A stretch of DNA of 64,000 nucleotides, from the NCBI GenBank assembly GCA_947584375.1, contig CANPWL010000005.1, positions 19,877-83,876 of the forward strand, read 5' to 3'. The position numbers and the translations under genes are program-made. The notes below the pieces were generated by a model, which saw only the letters and a list, made by a program, of their open reading frames with translations, made no database searches and was not told the origin of the DNA. Shown in pieces: positions 19,288-28,231 of this stretch; the first letter of the stretch is position 1, and each line of letters begins with the position of its first letter. This stretch comes from an uncultured Clostridia bacterium (GTDB lineage: Bacteria; Bacillota; Clostridia; Oscillospirales; Ruminococcaceae).

Positions 19288-21240
19288 ATGAAAAACGGAT
19301 TTTTAAAGGTTGCGGCAATAACCCCTGAAATCAAGGTCGCCGATGTAGACTTTAACGTAAGCAGTATTATTTCTGATATAAATAAAGCATTAAGAGAAGA
19401 AATAAAGCTCTGTGTTTTTCCTGAGCTTTGTATAACTTCATATACCTGTCAGGATTTATTCAATCAAAGCCTTCTTATTGATAAGGCATTGGACGGACTT
19501 GAAAGGATCGTAAAGTCCACCGAAGGCAAAGAAATAATTTGTACGGTAGGATGTCCGATCATTAAAAACGGCAAGCTTTTCAACTGCGGCGTAGTAATTT
19601 ACAACGGAGATATTTTGGGCGTAGTACCTAAAACCTCCCTGCCGAATTATAATGAATTTTATGAAATGCGTCACTTTGCTGCCGCCCCTAAAAATAATGA
19701 GGAAATAGAGCTGTTTGGTAAAACCTACCCGTTCGGCTCAAAAATTTTATTTAAAGCAAAGGAAATGAAAGAACTTATTTATGCAGTTGAAGTCTGCGAA
19801 GATCTGTGGGCGCCCTGTCCAGTTTCAAATCAGCACGCTTTAGCGGGAGCAACTCTTATAGGCAATCTTTCAGCTTCTGACGAAGTCATAGGAAAAGACG
19901 AATACAGAAGAGAACTTGTAAAAAACCAGTCGGCAAGACTAATCTGCGGATATGTATATTGCTCAGCGGGTGAAGGTGAGTCAACTCAGGATATGGTTTT
20001 TTCAGGGCATAATATCATTTCCGAAAACGGAGCAATTTTGAAACAAAGCAGATTATTTGAAAACGAAATGACCGTTTCTGAAATAGATTTGCAAAAGCTC
20101 GCAGCAGAAAGAAAAAAACTGTCAACTTTTCCTGAAAGTAATAACAGCGGTTATATTACAGTGGATTTTTCAATTAAACTTAAAGATACGCAGCTTACTA
20201 GATTCTACTCGCAAACGCCATTTATACCATATGATGAATTTGAGAAAAACAACCGATGTGAGCTTATCCTGCGGATGCAGTCGGAAGGACTGAAAAAGAG
20301 AATTTCTCACACTAATGCAAAATCGGCAGTTATAGGAATTTCAGGGGGACTTGACAGCGCTCTTGCACTTTTAGTTTGTGTAAACGCTATGGATCTGCTC
20401 AACCGCAGCAGAAAGGATATAATTGCAGTTACTATGCCTTGTTTCGGCACAACTAATCGTACACGCTCAAACGCTGAAATTCTTTGCAATACTCTAGGCG
20501 TGACATTCAGAGAGGTTGACATAACAAACTCGGTGCTTCAGCATTTTGAAGACATAGGTCATGACCAAAGCGACCATGACGTTGTCTTTGAAAACGGACA
20601 GGCAAGAGAACGAACACAAGTATTGATGAATATTGCAAATCAGGTTGGCGGATTTGTAGTCGGAACAGGGGATTTGTCAGAGCTTGCACTCGGCTGGGCG
20701 ACTTATAACGGAGACCATATGTCTATGTACGGAGTAAATGCCTCCGTTCCTAAAACGCTCGTTCGCCACATAATTAAATATTATGCCGATACCTGCGGAA
20801 ATAATGCAGTCAAAGATGTTCTCTACGATATTTTCGATACGCCTGTCTCGCCCGAACTTTTGCCGACAGATGAAAGTAAAGAGAACATTACTCAAAAAAC
20901 CGAAGATATTGTCGGTCCGTATGAGCTTCATGACTTCTTTTTATACTACGCAATAAGATGGGGTTTCCCTCCGAAAAAGGTGCTGAGACTTGCAAAATAC
21001 GCATTTGACGGAAAGTATGATAATATCACTATTTTAAAATGGTTAGAAAAGTTCTATTCAAGATTTTTCTCACAGCAGTTCAAGCGTTCCTGCCTGCCCG
21101 ACGGAGCAAAAATCGGTACGGTCACTCTCTCGCCTAGAGGGGACTGGAGAATGCCGAGCGACGCAGTTTCAAAACTGTGGATCGACGAGCTGGAGCAGGA
21201 TAAGAAAAACGATATGCCGTTTTTATACTTTACTAAATAA
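19288..21240 (+). CDS. nadE: Glutamine-dependent NAD+ synthetase
   Basis: 650 aa. N-terminal CN-hydrolase domain (VEVCEDLW) fused to a synthetase domain with PP-loop GISGGLDSALAL. Confidence 0.93.
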   Translation: MKNGFLKVAAITPEIKVADVDFNVSSIISDINKALREEIKLCVFPELCITSYTCQDLFNQSLLIDKALDGLERIVKSTEGKEIICTVGCPIIKNGKLFNCGVVIYNGDILGVVPKTSLPNYNEFYEMRHFAAAPKNNEEIELFGKTYPFGSKILFKAKEMKELIYAVEVCEDLWAPCPVSNQHALAGATLIGNLSASDEVIGKDEYRRELVKNQSARLICGYVYCSAGEGESTQDMVFSGHNIISENGAILKQSRLFENEMTVSEIDLQKLAAERKKLSTFPESNNSGYITVDFSIKLKDTQLTRFYSQTPFIPYDEFEKNNRCELILRMQSEGLKKRISHTNAKSAVIGISGGLDSALALLVCVNAMDLLNRSRKDIIAVTMPCFGTTNRTRSNAEILCNTLGVTFREVDITNSVLQHFEDIGHDQSDHDVVFENGQARERTQVLMNIANQVGGFVVGTGDLSELALGWATYNGDHMSMYGVNASVPKTLVRHIIKYYADTCGNNAVKDVLYDIFDTPVSPELLPTDESKENITQKTEDIVGPYELHDFFLYYAIRWGFPPKKVLRLAKYAFDGKYDNITILKWLEKFYSRFFSQQFKRSCLPDGAKIGTVTLSPRGDWRMPSDAVSKLWIDELEQDKKNDMPFLYFTK

Positions 21241-21245
21241 CTATA

Positions 21246-21280
21246 AAGAGCATAATCCTTTTGGATTATGCTCTTTTATA
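21246..21280. terminator. Intrinsic terminator after nadE (convergent with the AEC transporter gene)
   Basis: 13-bp stem AAGAGCATAATCC / GGATTATGCTCTT, loop TTTT, then TTATAT. Confidence 0.8.
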
Positions 21281-21296
21281 TGTATTATATGTTCAA

Positions 21297-22229
21297 TTAA
21301 AATAAACTCCCCACTGTCTTTGCAATATATACGATTATAGGCAAAGTAACTACTGAGAGTATTGTTGAAAGTCCGAACATTTGAGACGAATATGAAGAGT
21401 TTTTATCAAACCTTATCGCAAGCATTGTCCCAATCGTTGCGGACGGACAGGAAAGTCCGACTATTGTAGTAATTTTCGCTGTTTCATTAGGGCAGGGGAA
21501 GAAATATAGAAGTAAAATCAAAATTACGGGAGTTATGATCAGCTTTAAAGCGGATACAAAATATATTTTTGGTTTTCCTAAAGCCTTTAAAAGACTTGAA
21601 TTTGCAATAGTAACACCTGCAACAAACATAGCCAGCGGAGTTATTATGTTATTTACATAAGAAAGAGTATCAAAAAGCAGTCCCGGTATTCTGATTTGAA
21701 ATACAAAGAGTAAAAAGCCTAAAACCGTAGCAAGTATTGTGGGATTTGTTATTATTTTTTTTAATGAAACCTCCGACTTATCCCCTGATATAGTCAAAAC
21801 TCCGTGTGTCCAGACCATTATGTTAAATACCGTGTTTATTGCCGTTATGTACAAAACTCCCTCCGAACCGAAAAGGGCAAGTGCAAGGGGTATTCCCATA
21901 AAACCGCAGTTTGAGTAGGAAGCATTAATGCGTTCTATACCTATATCCTTATCTTTTCCTCTTAAAAAGATATACGAAACAGCTATAAACAGTAAAAGTC
22001 CTGCCGCAGAAAGCAAAAGCGCATACCCCAATCCTTTGAAAAGCTGCATAGTGAAATCCTGCTGATATGAAACAATTATAACAGCGGGGTTTACAATATA
22101 CAATACAAGATTGGTAAGACTTTTATTGCCTTCTAAAGACACGAGTTTAGTTTTAAAACAAATTGCACCTATGCAAATAAGTATAAGCATAACTGACACT
22201 TGTTTTAAAAGAATAAGGGATAGTTCCAT
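21297..22229 (-). CDS. AEC (auxin efflux carrier) family transporter
   Basis: 310-aa polytopic membrane protein with the two-halves architecture typical of AEC/malate-permease-like proteins. Confidence 0.7.
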   Translation of the reverse strand: MELSLILLKQVSVMLILICIGAICFKTKLVSLEGNKSLTNLVLYIVNPAVIIVSYQQDFTMQLFKGLGYALLLSAAGLLLFIAVSYIFLRGKDKDIGIERINASYSNCGFMGIPLALALFGSEGVLYITAINTVFNIMVWTHGVLTISGDKSEVSLKKIITNPTILATVLGFLLFVFQIRIPGLLFDTLSYVNNIITPLAMFVAGVTIANSSLLKALGKPKIYFVSALKLIITPVILILLLYFFPCPNETAKITTIVGLSCPSATIGTMLAIRFDKNSSYSSQMFGLSTILSVVTLPIIVYIAKTVGSLF

Positions 22230-22258
22230 AGTATTTCTTCTCCGATGACCTATTATTC

Positions 22259-22288
22259 AAAAATTCAAGGCGACAAAACTGCCGCCTT
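22259..22288 (-). terminator. Intrinsic terminator after the ECF S-component gene
   Basis: Stem AAGGCG (22267-22272) / CGCCTT (22283-22288). The minus strand continues GAATTTTTGAA. Confidence 0.6.
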
Positions 22289-22314
22289 AACTATTTAATA
22301 TTTATATTTATGAA

Positions 22315-22902
22315 TTATTTTTCCGCAACTGCTTTCTTTGCTTTACCGATAGATATAATCTTAACTATAACCGAGCTAAGTACGATATTTATTGCCATCT
22401 CAATCAAAAAATTAACTCCAACTAAAGCTACAATCATATATGCTCCTGCATTTTCATATCCTGCTGCCGCTGACCATGTATTAATAGTATCCATAAAGAA
22501 TATCCTGCATCCTAACAGGAATACTCCTGTATTAACTATGGGACAAACTATTGCAGATACAAAAACTGCGACAATTTGATTTTTCTTTTCCAACGCTAAG
22601 TAAACAAGCCCTGAAACAAGTCCTGCAAGTGCGCCTTTTAAAATACAGGTGATGATCGTTCCGGGTATGTTTACTGCCAAAAACGCTGATGCATCGGTTA
22701 GCAGTACAACTACGCCGAATACAAAGCCAAGCCATGCTCCTGCCTTATAGCCGTACATTGCCGCGCCTACTACAATAGGTACAAGCACCAGTGAAATGTT
22801 GAATACACCTGTCGGTCTAATTACCACAGCAAGAACCTGAAGTACTACTACAATAGCTGTAAACAGACCTACTCCTACGATTTTCTTTGTTGTGTTTGAC
22901 AT
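22315..22902 (-). CDS. ECF-transporter substrate-specific (S) component; context suggests pantothenate (PanT-like)
   Basis: 195 aa, 5-6 Gly/Ala-rich TM helices. Immediately downstream of coaX on the same strand. Confidence 0.6.
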   Translation of the reverse strand: MSNTTKKIVGVGLFTAIVVVLQVLAVVIRPTGVFNISLVLVPIVVGAAMYGYKAGAWLGFVFGVVVLLTDASAFLAVNIPGTIITCILKGALAGLVSGLVYLALEKKNQIVAVFVSAIVCPIVNTGVFLLGCRIFFMDTINTWSAAAGYENAGAYMIVALVGVNFLIEMAINIVLSSVIVKIISIGKAKKAVAEK

Positions 22903-22970
22903 AAAAATTCTCCTAACTACTGTTCAAACCCTTTGTTTTGATACAGTGTATAAATTTAAGAATGCCGAAA

Positions 22971-23753
22971 CTAATTTTTTACCTTTGCATTTTTCTTGTA
23001 AATGGCATACAGTCCGTCTGAGACAACATCAGCGTCGACAATAATATTCTCTGCCTTACAATGCTTTACTATGCCCCCTGCAAGACCTCCTGTAACTACG
23101 GCGACTGTGTCGTTTCCAAGTATCTTACGATACTTGTCTATCATACCGTCCAGCATAGAAGCCGCTCCTAACACAACTCCCGAAGTTATTGAGTCTTTTG
23201 TGTTTGCACCGATAACTACATTGCTTGCTGCGTCAAGGTTTATGTGAGGAAGGTTAGCCGTCTTGCTAGCCAGAACCTCAAGAGACAGCATAACTCCCAG
23301 ACAAATCGAGCCGCCAAGAAAAACTTCGTCCTTGTCGATAGCGCTTATAGTAGTGGCTGTTCCCATATCAATAATGATACAAGGCGCACTGTATTTTTCC
23401 AAAGCTCCTATCGCTCCGCAAACAAGGTCTGCGCCAAGCTCTGATGGGTCTCCCAGCTTGATGTTAAGACCCGTCTTTATACCCGGACCGACAACAAAGG
23501 CGTTTACCTCTGCCACCTTTTTTATAGCCGATTTAAGAGCAGGTACTATCGACGGCACTACTGACGAAATTATCGCTCCCTCGAAAGTCTCGCCGTTACA
23601 GTTATAAAGACTGATGATGTTTTTTATGTCGATCGCATACTGATCTTCCATTTTTGAGGCTTCAGTTGCAATTCTTGACGTAAATACTACCTTGTCATCT
23701 TTATAAGCCGACAATACTATGTTTGTATTTCCAACATCAACAGTTAAAACCAT
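22971..23753 (-). CDS. coaX: Type III pantothenate kinase
   Basis: N-terminal MVLTVDVGNTN motif. 260 aa. ASKHA-fold Gly-rich motifs (IIIDMGTATT, VVTGGLAG). Confidence 0.9.
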   Translation of the reverse strand: MVLTVDVGNTNIVLSAYKDDKVVFTSRIATEASKMEDQYAIDIKNIISLYNCNGETFEGAIISSVVPSIVPALKSAIKKVAEVNAFVVGPGIKTGLNIKLGDPSELGADLVCGAIGALEKYSAPCIIIDMGTATTISAIDKDEVFLGGSICLGVMLSLEVLASKTANLPHINLDAASNVVIGANTKDSITSGVVLGAASMLDGMIDKYRKILGNDTVAVVTGGLAGGIVKHCKAENIIVDADVVSDGLYAIYKKNAKVKN

Positions 23754-23958
23754 AACACTTCTCCCAAAAGTAAAATTTAAGAATAAGCATTCTCATAAAT
23801 GCGATTATACACTAAATTTTATTTAATTTCAAGTGCTAAATTTTCATCTGCTGTTTTAACCACTAAATATAGTGCTTGAACATCAATCTATTTCATCATT
23901 TTGTTACTCAATAGGATTAATTGTAATTATTTTGTTACAATTCGTAATTGCTTTGTTA

Positions 23959-23988
23959 TTGCAAACGCCATTGTCCTGAGAGTATAAT
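23959..23988 (+). promoter_or_regulatory. Candidate sigma-A promoter driving the ORF-less transcript below
   Basis: TTGCAA (23959-23964), 18 nt, TATAAT (23983-23988). Confidence 0.4.
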
Positions 23989-23994
23989 AATCAT

Positions 23995-24118
23995 AGGAAA
24001 TTTAATTAACGTAAAAGTTAATTTGATTTGACCGTGTCACACGGTTCATTTCATCCTCTCCAAAATTTTTACACGGAAAAAGAGCTGCATCCTAACCAAA
24101 TGCGGCTCTTTTCTTTTT
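23995..24118 (+). ncRNA. Candidate small RNA or terminator-containing leader (~120 nt, no ORF)
   Basis: Hairpins at 24004-24023 (AATTAAC/GTTAATT) and 24030-24046 (GACCGTG/CACGGTT). Unpaired CU-rich CCTCTCC at 24055-24061. Terminator stem 24080-24110 has a G.U pair possible only on the + strand, followed by TTTTCTTTTT. Confidence 0.3.
24080..24118 (+). terminator. Orphan intrinsic terminator (no upstream CDS on this strand)
   Basis: 10-bp stem AAGAGCTGCA / TGCGGCTCTT, then a T-tract. Confidence 0.6.
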
Positions 24119-24237
24119 CTAAATATAAAGAAGATTAAGTCATTTATACCAATAATTATTATATAATATTGTTCACTTTGCCCATTGCTTTTTTGAATTT
24201 CAAGTAGTATAACATAAGTGAAAAACGGGGTGATATT

Positions 24238-24534
24238 ATGACAATAAACTGGTTTGATGAATCTTTTAAAATTCCATTAGGTTTTGGAATTACAATTACT
24301 ATAATTATCTTACTTTTAGCTATTATTGTTCCTATTATAGTAACAGCTCTAACATCAGCCAAGATTGTCTGGGGCTGTCCGGAATGCGGAAAAAGATTTA
24401 AGCTGAAATGGTATAAACGTTTCTGGATTCATTATTCTGACAATGCCGTAGTTCCAGCTACCTGTCCATTCTGCCATAAAAAAGTAGTTTGTACGCAGTC
24501 TTTCAATCAGCACTCCGAATGTGACCGCTTATAA
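24238..24534 (+). CDS. Small membrane protein with a C-terminal zinc ribbon
   Basis: One TM helix (ITITIIILLLAIIVPIIVTAL). CPECG...CPFCH motifs. SD GGGGTGA 5 nt upstream. Confidence 0.45.
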   Translation: MTINWFDESFKIPLGFGITITIIILLLAIIVPIIVTALTSAKIVWGCPECGKRFKLKWYKRFWIHYSDNAVVPATCPFCHKKVVCTQSFNQHSECDRL

Positions 24535-24548
24535 TATATACTATAAGT

Positions 24549-24898
24549 TCGGCAGTTTTGCCGACCTCAGGGTGTATATAAAGTATATTTTTAGGGGCAG
24601 CCCTCTCTTGCAGGGCTTAACCTGAAAATGCATAGCATTTTCAGCTAAAAAATAGACTAACGTCTATTTGCCCATAAAAAAACAGTCCACTGGACTATTT
24701 TTTTAGCTAAAACTGCGAAGCAGTTTTAGGTTACACCCTTATGCGGAACGCACTCCGTAAAACATTTCGCTGACGAGCCGTCAGCGACAGGGCTCTGCCC
24801 TTGACCCGCAAGCCTTTTGAAAAAGGCTTGACCGAAAACTTTTAGTCGATTATGCAAAACCTTTTTCGACAGGCTAAAGTCGGCAGTTTTGCCGACCT
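24549..24898. repeat. Array of ~12 consecutive short perfect hairpins bracketed by identical 19-nt copies (REP/BIME- or PATE-like element)
   Basis: TCGGCAGTTTTGCCGACCT occurs at 24549-24567 and 24880-24898. Internal hairpins lie at 24600-16, 24622-44, 24650-69, 24676-704, 24707-29, 24742-59, 24768-86, 24789-801, 24809-30 and 24845-70. Confidence 0.7.
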
Positions 24899-24910
24899 TT
24901 TTATTATATA

Positions 24911-25219
24911 CTATTTCCCGTCCCAAAGGTAAGTATCAAGATCGACCTTGCCCTCGTCTGAAACTTCGATCCCATCTGCTCTTAAAAGGGTGATCTGCAT
25001 ATTTTCTCCGCCAAAGGCAAACGCTTTTGATACCTCGCCAAAGCGGTTTACCACACGATAGCATGGAATGCTCTCAGGGTCGGGATTGACGTGAAGTGCG
25101 TAGCCCACGACCCGTGAAAGACGTCTGTTCCCTGCCAGAGCCGCAATCTGCCCATAGGTTGCAACTCTGCCTTTGGGAATTCTCTTAACTACCTCGTATA
25201 TTTTTTCAAAAGTATTCAT
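24911..25219 (-). CDS. MGMT-family protein (methylated-DNA-protein-cysteine methyltransferase DNA-binding/active-site domain only)
   Basis: 102 aa. VATYGQIAALAG helix. Active-site-like IPCYRVVN (canonical PCHRV, Cys retained, His replaced by Tyr). No N-terminal domain. Confidence 0.8.
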   Translation of the reverse strand: MNTFEKIYEVVKRIPKGRVATYGQIAALAGNRRLSRVVGYALHVNPDPESIPCYRVVNRFGEVSKAFAFGGENMQITLLRADGIEVSDEGKVDLDTYLWDGK

Positions 25220-25231
25220 TTTATCACCGCT

Positions 25232-28198
25232 TTAATCTTCGCCCAGTTTAAGTGCTTGCGAAACCTTTATCTTAGAAATTATTCTTCCCAGAATTCCAAA
25301 GCATATGATAAGCATTATACCTACTATTGCATAAATTTTCAGATAATCGCTCCTTTGCGGAACAACGCTGAACGGAGGTACTGCGTCATATGAATTAAAC
25401 AGCGACTGGAACAAAGGCACAAACAAGTCGCTTGCTATTCCGCCTATCACTATTGAAACCACTATCGCCGCTCCCGATACCAAAAGCTGTTCGTAGAATA
25501 ACATTCCTATTATTTCTCTGAATGTCATTCCCATTGCTCTCAGTATTCCAAACTGGAGAGTTCTCGCCTTTATAGACAATATCCAGTAAATCAAAAAGCC
25601 TATTATGCACATTATCATTATTATGATAAACCCAAGCGTCAGCGCGCCGTTCAAGCCCTGAAGCATAGGGTCATTTTTTTCTGCTATGACCTCCTGCGAC
25701 GCTACGTTGAGCTTAGTAGGCTCTATATCCGATTTCTCGATAGACTTGTAAAAATCCGAAACAGACGCATTATCGTCCAGATCAATCCAGACCTCATAAG
25801 GCTCAATAGCCGCCTGCACCTGAACATAATCAAAGTTCATAATTGCAAAATCCTTAGTACTTCCGTCATCGTTCTCCTCAAGAGGATTTAGAGACGGCCA
25901 ATAGTCAACAAACGCCAGAACGGTTGCATTAAACTCTGAATTGCTTCCCCACGAAACCTTGATTTCATCGCCCTTTTCATATCCGTACTTATCCTTAAAT
26001 GATGATGAAAGTATTATTCCGTTATTATATTTAGCCAAAGCGTCTAGATAGTTATTTATATGAATAGGCAGCAGACTGTTTTTAAACCAACAAACATCTG
26101 AAAACTCGCTCGGAACAACTGTCATAAGATTTATGTTTTCAATAGCGTTTGTTCTTTCGCTTTTGGTTCTTACTCCGCCTCCCTGACCGTTTCTTTTATC
26201 AAATTCACGGTCTTCCATAACTGTTTCTTTTACATATGTGCGGTTACTTGTTATGGTTGTAATACTGTTTTTGTATACTCTCGCCGCCCTGTTTACTCCC
26301 GAAAGATTTTCAAACCTCTCAAATGACGGTTCAATATATACAAGAGTTGACGCGTCCGTTTGACTGCTTTCCTCTGTTTCTTCCTCCGTTTCAGCGGAAG
26401 AGCTCATTGAAGTCGCCTGCTCCTCTGTTATTGTTGAGTCATTTGAACTGTTATACCATTCCTCCGCCATAACTGCGTCGCAGCCGATAGAATAGTAAGT
26501 TTTCTCCTCAGCGTTACGGTTTAATGCCCTTGCTGTGTTTGCAAAGAACAGTCCGAGCGATATGGTAAGAATCAAAAACACCATAATAAAACCCTCTCGC
26601 CCTGTTGAGGAACGTCCTATATTGTTGAGAGAAACATACTGCGCAGGCGTCCAAAATCTTTTTCCGATCATATATACTAATCTTATAATAAGCGGATAAA
26701 TCCTTATAACAAACAATCCTGCTCCTAGAATAAACGCCGTAGACGCTGCAAAAAGCACAGGGTTTACCGTTGCAGTTGTATCGGTAACTCCCTGACTTAT
26801 AAGCTTTTGCTGAGTGTTATTGTAAAAATACAGCCACACAACTGAGCCTGCAATAAGTATTATATCAACACCGAGCTTTTTCCAAAGCGGAATTTTCCTC
26901 TTTGCCGCTTTTGAAGCCTTATGCTCAACAATAGTTGTTTTTGTAGCAGGGTATGTAGGAACAAGAGTTGTAAAAAAGAATACGCAGACGGCTAACAATG
27001 CATATAAAAATGCCTCTACTGATAATCTTATCGGCAAAGCGGTACGGTTGACGAACTCCAAAAATCCGTTTGAAGCACCCAAGATCTTGCAAAGAGCCAG
27101 TCCTAAAAGCGGACCTATAATTGCGGTTATAATGCCAAGAACTATTGACTCTAGTGCATAAATTAGCATTATTTGAATCCGTGACGCTCCCCTGCTTTTA
27201 AATACTGCAATTTCATTTTTCTCTGCTTCAACATTGAGCTTTGAAACCATAAACAGATAAAAAAGTATCATAAGCATAACGGGGATCTGTATTAGCCATA
27301 AAACCAGCTTAAGTTGAGAGGATCTGTCCGCATAATTCTTAAGTATATCCAAAGCGGGAACAGTCAGCGTTACCCCGGAGGACGCATAAACCTTTTCCTG
27401 CTCTGAAAGTATTTCCGTAACGCTTGACAAAGAGGTCATATTGATATTTCGGTAATCTATCGCATAATGTGCAGACATACTTACTATTGAAACAGCATTG
27501 GTCTTTATGACCTTAGAAAGCATAAGATCATAATCGAGAAACATAGTGCTTACATATGCATCGTCAAGACCCTCAGACCAATACGGATCATTCTCGTCCT
27601 TTACATCAAACATTCCCACTACCGAAAATTTAGCAGTTGTGTTTTCATTAAAAGCATTTGCGACAGTATATACCTGATTCAAATCAAGCCCCGTATTTTG
27701 CAGAGAATCCTCTGTCATAACACATTCAAAAACCCCGTCGTTTCTGCTTGTGTCAGGAAACCGTCCGCTTTTTATTTTAATATGCTGATAAATATCAGTC
27801 ATTCCTGTAAGATAAAATCTTGCAGGTGCTGAAGTTGATGATTCATCAGTATTCTTTGCATACAGATATGTATCGGTGATCGTTCTTTTCACGCTTGTTG
27901 TCGGAAAATCCAAATTATCAAAATTATCTTCAAAAGACTTTGTCATACTTTTTGCTATTTCAGTCTGTTTATCTGCGTCAATATCAAGCGGAAGCTTATA
28001 TTCAACAGAATACAACCCCGGATTTTCCTCGTTCTCTGACTGATATGATTCCATATCCTTGACAAGCATTCTTTGAAGAGAAGCGTTCATATATATAGGA
28101 ATAGTACTCATCATTGCTGATGCCATTATAAAACCCAAAGCAAGACATATAACCATCCACTTGGTGTTTTGCATTTTCCTTAACAACAGGGTAAACAT
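25232..28198 (-). CDS. Large ABC-transporter permease of the FtsX/MacB-like family (duplicated module)
   Basis: 988 aa. N-terminal TM helix followed by large extracytoplasmic regions. Two clusters of TM helices (around aa 300-520 and 870-980). Acidic Ser/Thr/Glu-rich insert. Confidence 0.75.
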   Translation of the reverse strand: MFTLLLRKMQNTKWMVICLALGFIMASAMMSTIPIYMNASLQRMLVKDMESYQSENEENPGLYSVEYKLPLDIDADKQTEIAKSMTKSFEDNFDNLDFPTTSVKRTITDTYLYAKNTDESSTSAPARFYLTGMTDIYQHIKIKSGRFPDTSRNDGVFECVMTEDSLQNTGLDLNQVYTVANAFNENTTAKFSVVGMFDVKDENDPYWSEGLDDAYVSTMFLDYDLMLSKVIKTNAVSIVSMSAHYAIDYRNINMTSLSSVTEILSEQEKVYASSGVTLTVPALDILKNYADRSSQLKLVLWLIQIPVMLMILFYLFMVSKLNVEAEKNEIAVFKSRGASRIQIMLIYALESIVLGIITAIIGPLLGLALCKILGASNGFLEFVNRTALPIRLSVEAFLYALLAVCVFFFTTLVPTYPATKTTIVEHKASKAAKRKIPLWKKLGVDIILIAGSVVWLYFYNNTQQKLISQGVTDTTATVNPVLFAASTAFILGAGLFVIRIYPLIIRLVYMIGKRFWTPAQYVSLNNIGRSSTGREGFIMVFLILTISLGLFFANTARALNRNAEEKTYYSIGCDAVMAEEWYNSSNDSTITEEQATSMSSSAETEEETEESSQTDASTLVYIEPSFERFENLSGVNRAARVYKNSITTITSNRTYVKETVMEDREFDKRNGQGGGVRTKSERTNAIENINLMTVVPSEFSDVCWFKNSLLPIHINNYLDALAKYNNGIILSSSFKDKYGYEKGDEIKVSWGSNSEFNATVLAFVDYWPSLNPLEENDDGSTKDFAIMNFDYVQVQAAIEPYEVWIDLDDNASVSDFYKSIEKSDIEPTKLNVASQEVIAEKNDPMLQGLNGALTLGFIIIMIMCIIGFLIYWILSIKARTLQFGILRAMGMTFREIIGMLFYEQLLVSGAAIVVSIVIGGIASDLFVPLFQSLFNSYDAVPPFSVVPQRSDYLKIYAIVGIMLIICFGILGRIISKIKVSQALKLGED

Positions 28199-28231
28199 AA
28201 ATTCCTTCCCTTTCTTATACCTTATAGTCTG

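Noticed and set aside
24726-24926. 66-aa minus-strand ORF across the hairpin array
   Set aside because: It reads straight through consecutive palindromes and has no SD. It overlaps the 3' end of the MGMT-like gene, and its composition is dictated by the hairpins. It is most likely not coding.
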